DNA from: an uncultured Acidobacteriota bacterium
GTDB lineage: Bacteria; Acidobacteriota; Vicinamibacteria; Vicinamibacterales; CAVVIG01
Length of the DNA: 64,000 nucleotides
Assembly: GCA_963761615.1 (NCBI GenBank)
Contig: CAVXGU010000003.1
Coordinates: forward strand, 1,155,238-1,219,237
Direction: 5' to 3'
The first letter of the stretch is position 1. Every line of letters starts with the position of its first letter. A model generated the notes under the pieces. It ran no database searches and had not been told where the DNA came from. It saw only the letters and a list, made by a program, of their open reading frames with translations. The translations under genes were made by a program, and so were the position numbers. Positions 57,825 to 64,000 of this stretch are shown one piece after another.

Positions 57825-58969
57825 AGCTGATCGTCGCGCCAGAGGCCGGCGTCGGGCCGCTGCTGGCCGGGATCAGGAGCGCAAAGAAGAGCGTGGAGAT
57901 TGCCATCTTCCGCTTCGATCGGCGCGACATCGAAATGGCGCTGAAGGCGTCGGCGGCCGCCAAGCGCGTCGGGGTGACCGCCGTCATCGCGTTCGCCAAC
58001 CGGGGCGGCGAACAGAATCTCCGCCGGCTCGAGCAGCGCTTCCTCGATGCGGGCATCATCGTGGCCCGCAGCGCCAGCGATCTGAGCCGCTATCACGGGA
58101 AGTACGTCCTGATCGATCGCCGCGTGCTCTACGTCCTGTCGTTCAACTTCACGCACCTGGACATCGACCACAGCCGGGGCTTCGGCCTGGTGACCACCAA
58201 CCCGAACTGGATCCGCGAAGCCGCGAGGCTGTTCGAGGCGGACTGCACGCATACCGCGTACGTCCCGGCGAGGCGAACGGACACGTTTGTCGTGAGCCCC
58301 ACGAACTCGCGGCGAGTGCTGGGGGCCTTCCTGCGGGGGGCGCGATCCCAGCTGCTGATCTACGACCCGAAGATCTCGGATACGGAGATGCTGCGCCTGC
58401 TGCACGAACGGGCGAAGGCGGGCGTCGAAGTCAAGGTCATCGGCTCCATCGCCGGACTCACCGACCTCGACGTGCAGAAGCTGAGCGGCACGCGGCTGCA
58501 CACCCGCACCATCATCCGGGACCGGCGTCAAGCCTTCATTGGCAGCCAGAGTCTTCGCAAGGCGGAGCTGGATGCGCGTCGAGAGGTGGGGCTGATCGTC
58601 CGGGACGCGAAGGTCGTGAGGCGGCTGCTGGAGACGTTCGAGGCCGACTGGACGTCGACGGCCAGCAGAAGGGCCGTGGCGGCACCGAAGGAACGAAGCA
58701 AGGCCGAGCCGAACGCGGAAGCGGAGAAGACAGGCGTGTCCGACCGAGATGCCGAGAAGGCCGTCCAGATCCTCACGAAGGAGCTGGACCCGCTCGTCGT
58801 GAGCGTGAAGAAGGCCGTGAGGATCGCCGTGGCCAAGATCGGCGACGACGTCCTCAGCGACAGCGACGTCAAGGACACGATGAAGGACGTCGTCAAGCGG
58901 GCCGTCAAGGACGCGGTGAAAGAAGCCGTGCACGACGCCCACGACGCCAGGGTCAGGGAGGCGTCCTAG
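57821..58969 (+). CDS. phospholipase D-superfamily protein (two HKD-type motifs) with amphipathic Lys/Asp/Val-rich tail
   Basis: Motif 1 YHGKYVLIDRRVLYVLSFNF (58094-); motif 2 LHTRTIIRDRRQAFIGSQSL (58499-) with K to R and N to S; tail KKAVRIAVAKIGDDVLSDSDVKDTMKDVVKRAVKDAVKEAV. Confidence 0.8.
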   Translation: MKLIVAPEAGVGPLLAGIRSAKKSVEIAIFRFDRRDIEMALKASAAAKRVGVTAVIAFANRGGEQNLRRLEQRFLDAGIIVARSASDLSRYHGKYVLIDRRVLYVLSFNFTHLDIDHSRGFGLVTTNPNWIREAARLFEADCTHTAYVPARRTDTFVVSPTNSRRVLGAFLRGARSQLLIYDPKISDTEMLRLLHERAKAGVEVKVIGSIAGLTDLDVQKLSGTRLHTRTIIRDRRQAFIGSQSLRKAELDARREVGLIVRDAKVVRRLLETFEADWTSTASRRAVAAPKERSKAEPNAEAEKTGVSDRDAEKAVQILTKELDPLVVSVKKAVRIAVAKIGDDVLSDSDVKDTMKDVVKRAVKDAVKEAVHDAHDARVREAS

Positions 58970-59118
58970 AGGCGGCCGGCGAGAAGCAGGACCACCAGGA
59001 TGACGACGATCAGGCCAAGTCCACCACTGGGACCATAGCCCCAGCTGCGGCTATGCGGCCACACGGGAAGGACTCCGAGCAGCATCAACACCGCGAGAAC
59101 GACCAGAATGGTGACCAT
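58966..59118 (-). CDS. DUF3309-family small membrane protein (50 aa; below the ORF-track cutoff)
   Basis: GGAGGAG 6 nt before the ATG; MVTILVVLAVLMLLGVLPVWPHSRSWGYGPSGGLGLIVVILVVLLLAGRL matches the P.WP.SR.WGYGPSGGLG signature. Confidence 0.7.
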   Translation of the reverse strand: MVTILVVLAVLMLLGVLPVWPHSRSWGYGPSGGLGLIVVILVVLLLAGRL

Positions 59119-59135
59119 GTGTACTCCTCCGTTGA

Positions 59136-59480
59136 TCGGCAGTTGACGTCGAAGGGCAGGATACCGCTGACACGCCGGTCGATCTGTTCACTAACGCACG
59201 TCGGTGTGACATCGCTCCGGCGCGCGAGGTCCCGGTGATCGGCGTCGCGTTGCCGACGTGGAGTGTGGAGCGGCTGCACGCGCGCGTGACCGACAGCATC
59301 CGGCGAGCGGGCGGCGTCGATAGCCCGCGCGGGCCTCGCGATCTGCTCGCCCCGCTCACCTATGTCAGTGGGGACTATCGAGATCCGGGCAGGCTCGTGG
59401 CCATCAAGGAGGCGTCGGGACGCCTGCCATCCACCTCCGGCACGTGTCGAGCCGGGATGCGGCCGGACCCCCCACTGTAG
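59136..59480 (+). pseudogene. zwf: glucose-6-phosphate dehydrogenase fragment (residues about 20-115 only)
   Basis: LFTNARRCDIAPAREVPVIGVALPTWSVERLHARVTDSIRR....LLAPLTYVSGDYRDPGRLVAIKE parallels Zwf (L..L...G.LP..F.+IG.AR.DWS.E.F...V...+......L..R+.YV.GDY.D). No proper start, stop at 59478-59480; the catalytic two thirds are absent. Confidence 0.5.
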
Positions 59481-59758
59481 GTGTTGGCACGCAAGGCCCT
59501 CAGCGTCTCGTCGCGCCGGGCGGCGAGCTCGCGCGCGAGAAGACGATCCGTGTGAGCCATCGTGGCCTTGGTCGCCTGGGCTTCAGCCAGGAGGCGGTTG
59601 ACGCGGGTCAGAAATCGGGCCCGGCTGTCGTGGTCGAGCGGCATCAGACTGTTCTCACCTTTTCGGCGATCATAAACGGCGCGTGACGGGGCGGCTATCC
59701 TGTTTTGAACGCGGACGCTGGTTCGGCGAGGGGGACCGGTCGTCTGTCTGCGCGTCGG

Positions 59759-60292
59759 TCACTTCAGCGGCACGACGGTGCCGGTGAGATTCTCTGTCCC
59801 AATCGACACGGATAACTCGCCGTCGGTGACTGAGATGCTGAAGGCGATCCGGCGCTCGAGGCGCGCGACCAGCGCGGCGACGAGTGCGCGATCGATCGCG
59901 TACAACTCCAGCGCCTCGGCCCGGTGGATTCTTTCGCCCGCAATCTGGCTCAGGTACTGCCGCGGAGCCTTGTGTGTGTAGACGACCACGCGCCGCGCGA
60001 TCTTCGACGCCTTGTGCAGCCGGCCGGCATCGGGTGTGCCGACGTCGATCCAGCTCGTGATGGCGCCGGTTGGATCGCGAACCGCGATGGCCGGCTGATC
60101 GGGCTCCGACACACCCTGCGAGAACGCGATCCCGGTTCTGAATTCGAGCAGGTACGCCAGCACGCGCGCGACGAGGTGTGGCTCGGATTCCGACGGGTGA
60201 CGGGCGACACGCAACGCGAGAGACTCGTACACGGCGCGATCGTGGTGGGCGAGCTCGACGTCGAAGTTGTAGAGGGTGGCTTGAAGCGCCAT
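59759..60292 (-). CDS. yaeQ: YaeQ-family protein
   Basis: MALQATLYNFDVELAHHDRAVYESLALRVARHPSES..L.ARVLAY is the typical YaeQ N-terminus. Confidence 0.85.
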   Translation of the reverse strand: MALQATLYNFDVELAHHDRAVYESLALRVARHPSESEPHLVARVLAYLLEFRTGIAFSQGVSEPDQPAIAVRDPTGAITSWIDVGTPDAGRLHKASKIARRVVVYTHKAPRQYLSQIAGERIHRAEALELYAIDRALVAALVARLERRIAFSISVTDGELSVSIGTENLTGTVVPLK

Positions 60293-60973
60293 CTACGAAT
60301 CGGACGGCAGCGCCGAGGGCGAGCCGATCAGCAGCCTGTTCTTCGGCGTGATGTCCGCAGGGATGACCTGGGTCCAGATGCGATAACCCGCACCGGCCAG
60401 CGAGCGCGCCCGCATCACGTCGATGGCGAGCGATTCGTCCATCCAGCCGGAGAGCCCTCCGGCATCACAGGCATCGACGTCGTGGCAACAGGCGAGGACC
60501 GCCACGCGTGCCCGCGCCGCGATCGCGCGCTCGAGGACGACATCCGTGAGCCGGCCGCACGCGTGGATCGACACGACGATGTCTGTCGGCAGAAGGACGA
60601 CCGACTCCAACGGGCCTTCATGGAAATGGACCCGTCCATCCAGCCGTGGCCATCCGTCGACCAGCGCCCGGTGCAATGTCGCGGCCGAAGGCGGGACGAC
60701 CTTGTCGACGGCGAGTGCGTGTGGTGACGTGTCGTCGAGGATGAGCATCAACTGGGCGAGCAGTCCGTGGCCGGCGCCGAGGTCCACGACGCGGCCGCCC
60801 CGAACGAGACGTCGGACGCGCCGGGCGGTCTCCCACGCTTCGTACAGCTCCTTGCGCGGCAAACAGGCGGCGTGACAGACCACCCGGGCGACGCGATCCA
60901 GTAGCGTGTCGCCTGGAAAGCGGGCGAGGTCATGTGCGGTGAGCCGGCCGCGCGACGAGGGCGAGAAGGCCAC
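60293..60973 (-). CDS. SAM-dependent methyltransferase-like protein
   Basis: VVDLGAGHGLLAQ (motif I); abuts the yaeQ start with no gap. Confidence 0.7.
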   Translation of the reverse strand: MAFSPSSRGRLTAHDLARFPGDTLLDRVARVVCHAACLPRKELYEAWETARRVRRLVRGGRVVDLGAGHGLLAQLMLILDDTSPHALAVDKVVPPSAATLHRALVDGWPRLDGRVHFHEGPLESVVLLPTDIVVSIHACGRLTDVVLERAIAARARVAVLACCHDVDACDAGGLSGWMDESLAIDVMRARSLAGAGYRIWTQVIPADITPKNRLLIGSPSALPSDS

Positions 60974-60995
60974 AGAAGAGGATACATGGTCTCAA

Positions 60996-61120
60996 CGGTT
61001 TGCGTTTCGCTGTGGCGGCCGAGCTTCAGGTCGGCTTCGCATTGGCGGACCTGAAGGTCCGCGGCTACAGCGATCTCGGGGTGACACCGATCTCGGGGCG
61101 ACACCGAACTCGAAAACGCC
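60996..61120 (-). repeat. REP/MITE-like intergenic repeat, copy B (inverted relative to copy A)
   Basis: The reverse complement aligns with 49235-49341. It has 3 instead of 2 units of the 17-nt GAGATCGNTGTCNCCCC module and the same two hairpins. Lies 16 nt from the tRNA-Leu 3' end. Confidence 0.8.
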
Positions 61121-61135
61121 GTAGAACGAGATAGA

Positions 61136-61224
61136 TGGTGCCGGAGGAGGGAGTCGAACCCTCACGGGCCGTAAAGCCCACGGGATTTTGAGTCCCGCGC
61201 GTCTGCCAGTTTCACCACTCCGGC
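61136..61224 (-). tRNA. tRNA-Leu (anticodon CAA), with encoded CCA
   Basis: Folded by hand: acceptor GCCGGAG/CTCCGGC, D-arm, anticodon stem CGGGA/TCCCG with loop CTCAAAA, long variable arm (GGGC..GCCC), T-arm GAGGG-TTCGACT-CCCTC, ACCA. Confidence 0.9.
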
Positions 61225-61377
61225 GGCAGGATTGGGCCCAGCGTAGCACAGCGCTTCGTGGGCCCGCGGGACCGCCGTCCGGCGCAAAACTCGTGTGTCA
61301 CCGAGTGTCTTCGGCTATCATGGAACGGTCACTCGTCGGCGATCCCCCTTGCCAATCCAACTTGAGGAGAGTCACTC

Positions 61378-61908
61378 ATGCATGTCTGCCACTCGATGAG
61401 GTCTGCCCGCGTCCGCGGCGCCGCACCTTTCGCCGCTCTGACGCTGGCGGTCTTCGTCAGCGCCTGCGGCGGCGGGAGCGAAACTCCGGCCCAGTCGAAG
61501 CCTGCCGAGGCGCCGGCCCCCGCGCCGGCGGCCGCGTCCGCCGCGTCCGCGATGCCCGCCGGTCCTCACGTGATGTTCGTCGAGCCCACCGACGGTGCTA
61601 CGGTCAAGAGCCCCGTTCACATCAAGCTCGAGATGGCGAACTACGAGCTCGCGGCCGTGCCGAAGGGCACCGTCGAGACCGCGCGCACCGGCATGGCGCA
61701 CCACCACCTGGGCGTGGACACGCAGTGCCTGCCGGCGGGCGAGGCCATTCCCAAGGCCAGCCCCTGGGTGCACTTCGGCGACGGCTCGACCGAAATGGAC
61801 CTCCAGCTCCCTCCGGGCGATCACACGATCACCGCGGAAGCCGGCGACGACCTGCACCACGCCGTCGAAGGGATGTGCTCGACGATCACGGTCCACGTCA
61901 GCGAGTAA
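61378..61908 (+). CDS. DUF4399-like lipoprotein
   Basis: GAGGAGA before the ATG; lipobox LAVFVSAC; Pro/Ala linker; HHHLGVD / HFGDG motifs typical of DUF4399. Confidence 0.7.
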   Translation: MHVCHSMRSARVRGAAPFAALTLAVFVSACGGGSETPAQSKPAEAPAPAPAAASAASAMPAGPHVMFVEPTDGATVKSPVHIKLEMANYELAAVPKGTVETARTGMAHHHLGVDTQCLPAGEAIPKASPWVHFGDGSTEMDLQLPPGDHTITAEAGDDLHHAVEGMCSTITVHVSE

Positions 61909-62053
61909 CCCCTGCGGTGCCGGCAGATTGGGGGCGTCCGCCTCCGGTCTGCCGGTGCCCGTTTTGGCCCGGATCCGCACACCACGAGCGACTCGGGCGT
62001 GCGCCAGAAGCCCGGGTCTCTGCCAGAAAACCCCCGTTTTGGGCCGTTTCTCG

Positions 62054-62083
62054 TTGATTTTCGGCCAGTTGGCAGGCTATACT
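62054..62083 (+). promoter_or_regulatory. candidate sigma70-type promoter for carD
   Basis: TTGATT (62054-62059), 18 nt, TATACT (62078-62083) in a locally AT-richer stretch about 70 nt upstream of the carD GTG. Confidence 0.3.
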
Positions 62084-62154
62084 TAAAGGACTGCCGTCAC
62101 CGTTTCGGCCTTCCATACTGCTCGCGTCATACGCAGAGGCTTACAGGGGGAATC

Positions 62155-62739
62155 GTGACATTCCAAGTCGGCGACAAGGTCATTTACCCGAATCATGGGC
62201 TCGGTATTGTCGAGCGGATCGAAGACAAGACGATCCTCGGCACGACGTGCGGCTTCTACCATCTGCGAATCGTGGCCAACGAGACCACCGTGCTCGTCCC
62301 GGTGGCCAATGTCGACGGCGTCGGCCTGCGACGCGCGATCAGCGACGAGGAGGTCGATCGGCTGTTCACCCTGCTCGGCGACGGCAAGATCGACAACCAC
62401 CAGAACTGGAAGGGTCGCTTCAAGGACAACTCCGACAAGATGCGCAGCGGCTCGATCTACGACGTGGCCGACGTTCTCAAAAGCCTGACGTTCCTCGCCA
62501 AGTCGAAGAGCCTCTCGTTCCGTGAGAAGCGGATGCTCGACCGCGCCAAGTTCCTGATCGTCTCGGAGGTCTCCGAGGTGGTGCGCGAGGCCGCCGCCGA
62601 CATCGAGGTGCGGGTCGACAGCGCCCTCGAGCGCTGCTTCACGACCAAGGCCCGTACGGCCGCCCGCGCCAAGGTCGTCAAGGCCGCTCCCCGGGCGGCT
62701 GCCGCCGCCTCCGGCCGCCGTACCGCGCGGGCCTCGTAA
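62155..62739 (+). CDS. carD: CarD-family transcriptional regulator (RNAP-binding)
   Basis: FQVGDKVIYPNHGLGIVERIE (Tudor-like RID); NWKGRFKDN..K..SG; Ala/Arg-rich tail; GTG 62155 behind AGGGGG. Confidence 0.9.
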   Translation: MTFQVGDKVIYPNHGLGIVERIEDKTILGTTCGFYHLRIVANETTVLVPVANVDGVGLRRAISDEEVDRLFTLLGDGKIDNHQNWKGRFKDNSDKMRSGSIYDVADVLKSLTFLAKSKSLSFREKRMLDRAKFLIVSEVSEVVREAAADIEVRVDSALERCFTTKARTAARAKVVKAAPRAAAAASGRRTARAS

Positions 62740-62750
62740 GGGCGGTGGCC

Positions 62751-62831
62751 CAGGGGTAGGGCTCAGGGATTGGCGAGATCGCGCGCCGTGACGCGCGGAA
62801 CAGCGGGAATCTCGCCAATCCCTGACCCCTG
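62751..62831 (+). terminator. large nested hairpin between carD and plsC (terminator or structured RNA/REP)
   Basis: Perfect 17-bp stem TCAGGGATTGGCGAGAT (62763-62779) / ATCTCGCCAATCCCTGA (62809-62825); outer CAGGGG/CCCCTG; inner CGCGCG-ccgtga-CGCGCG hairpin; no U-tract. Confidence 0.4.
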
Positions 62832-62852
62832 TCCACCGGCCACTGATTCCGA

Positions 62853-63569
62853 GTGATCGCCCTCCGCTCGATCCTCACCTATCTCGGCGTTTCGTTGTAC
62901 GTCCTGGTCGCCGCACCGGTCGGCATGCTGCTGGCCATCGTGCTGCGCTCGAAGCAGATCCTCTATACGCTCGGTCACGCGGGCGTCCGGCTGGGGCTCG
63001 CCCTGTCGGGCATCTCGTACCGCGTGGCCGGGGACGAGCACCTGCCCGTCGATCGCGCCGCCGTCTACTGCTGCAACCACCAGAGCAACGTGGACCCGCC
63101 GGTGCTCTTCGAGGCGCTCCACCCGCGGATGCACATTCTCTACAAGGCCGAGATCGACCGCATTCCGCTGCTCGCCCGCGCGTTCCGCGCCGGCGGCTTC
63201 ATCCCGATCGACCGCGCCCACAAGGAAGCGGCGCTGCGGGCCATCGAGCGCGGGGCCGCCTCGCTGCGCGCGGGCAACTCGTTCCTCATCTTCCCCGAGG
63301 GCACGCGCAGCCGCACCGGCGAGCTGCTCCCCTTCAAGAAGGGGGGCTTCACCATGGCCATGAAGGCCGGTGCGCCCATCGTCCCGGTCGCCATCCAGGG
63401 GGGGCGGGACGCCATGCGCCGGGGCAGCCCGTTCGTTCGGCCGGTCACGCTGAGCATCCGCGTCGGCGCGCCGATCGAGACGCAGGGCCTGCCGCCCGCG
63501 GAGCGCGCCGCGCTCATCGACCGCGTGCGCGCCTCGATCGACGCCATGCTCGCGGAAGGACCGATCTAA
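62853..63569 (+). CDS. plsC: 1-acyl-sn-glycerol-3-phosphate acyltransferase
   Basis: NHQSNVDP (HX4D) and FPEGTRS motifs; N-terminal TM. Confidence 0.9.
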   Translation: MIALRSILTYLGVSLYVLVAAPVGMLLAIVLRSKQILYTLGHAGVRLGLALSGISYRVAGDEHLPVDRAAVYCCNHQSNVDPPVLFEALHPRMHILYKAEIDRIPLLARAFRAGGFIPIDRAHKEAALRAIERGAASLRAGNSFLIFPEGTRSRTGELLPFKKGGFTMAMKAGAPIVPVAIQGGRDAMRRGSPFVRPVTLSIRVGAPIETQGLPPAERAALIDRVRASIDAMLAEGPI

Positions 63570-64000
63570 CCGCCCAGGTCGAACGTCACGCGCCAGGGCT
63601 TGAGCGGCTGGCCGTCGGTCCCCGTGATCCCCGCGTCGAGCGCGAGGGCGAGCGTCTGGAAGGACGCGAGCGGCGCGGCGAACGTGACTTCCAGCACCCG
63701 GCTGGCCGGTCGATAGGCGGTCGTGAAGGCGGGAACAGGCGGCGCCTCGCCGGCCGGGCGGCCGGTCGCCTGGACGTAGCCCGCCGTGATGTGCCCCTTG
63801 ACGGTCTTGGGGTCGATGTCGCGCGAGAACTGGATGCGCACGGTGGTGTCGAGCGCGACGCCGGTCTCACCCTGCGTCGGAGCGCTGAAGATCACTTCCG
63901 GCGGCGGCGCCGCCGGCACGCGCACCGGCGACTCCTCCCGCGTCGGCATGGCCGCCGGCGGCGTGCCGAGCGAGACGTCGCCCTCCTTCGCCTCGATCCA
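63566..64000 (-). CDS. C-terminal part of a protein with bacterial Ig-like (SbsA/Big_5-like) domain; partial, continues past the window edge
   Basis: Frame open to position 64000; ..VALDTTVRIQFSRDIDPKTV....VLEVTFAAPL....TLALALDAGITGTDGQPL pattern. Confidence 0.5.
   Translation of the reverse strand, partial: WIEAKEGDVSLGTPPAAMPTREESPVRVPAAPPPEVIFSAPTQGETGVALDTTVRIQFSRDIDPKTVKGHITAGYVQATGRPAGEAPPVPAFTTAYRPASRVLEVTFAAPLASFQTLALALDAGITGTDGQPLKPWRVTFDLGG

Noticed and set aside
59375-59644. 89-aa minus-strand ORF (MPLDHDSRARFLTRVNRLLAEAQ..)
   Set aside because: The first approximately 55 residues look helical and could be real. However, the SD is weak and the 3' part simply runs antisense through the zwf remnant. 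It is not supportable as a feature without conservation data.
49342-60995. Classical integrative genomic island at tRNA-Leu
   Set aside because: No integrase, transposase, conjugation or phage genes are present, and no direct repeat of the tRNA 3' end was seen. Only the inverted REP-like pair supports any mobility, so it is reported as a repeat observation and not as a mobile element.

Overview
Visibly GC-rich bacterial chromosomal window (GC not computed) with dense coding on both strands. Many long spurious antisense or alternate-frame ORFs are typical of high-GC DNA. Gene content suggests a diderm, Acidobacteriota-like organism, which is inference only: outer-membrane beta-barrels, an HlyD adaptor, an expanded-type VWA protein, CarD, class I FBA and phosphoketolase. 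I support about 70 CDS, one tRNA-Leu(CAA), several gene remnants or pseudogenes and a pair of REP/MITE-like repeats. I see no rRNA, CRISPR, transposase, integrase or phage genes.

Layout:
- 0-7.6 kb: two sensor kinases, an RRM protein plus a stand-alone DnaA_N-like protein, an MFS pump and an OMP.
- 7.6-11.5 kb: HlyD / ABC / ABC-2 (frameshifted) / TetR efflux operon.
- 11.5-17.4 kb: DUF169, small membrane proteins, two large GT-like membrane proteins and a GNAT.
- 17.6-18.2 kb: groES with a repeat tail, plus a groEL stub.
- 21.6-25.1 kb: four-gene envelope operon ending in a sortase. This is the best candidate for an undescribed system.
- 25.2-27.5 kb: PBP1A.
- 27.9-32.8 kb: pgi, an eroded tal, a zwf stub and tkt.
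- 33-34.3 kb: metallothionein-like and His-rich genes.
- 34.7-44.3 kb: one long minus-strand operon, xfp-fba-histidine phosphatase-(micro ORF)-P-type ATPase-glgP.
- 44.6-49.2 kb: stress proteins and regulators.
- 49.2-61.1 kb: segment bracketed by inverted REP-like copies. It includes an ABC exporter / secreted kinase-like protein / PLD operon and a variant NhaA.
- 61.1-64 kb: tRNA-Leu, a lipoprotein, carD and plsC.

All domain calls come from motif recognition by eye, and no database search was run.
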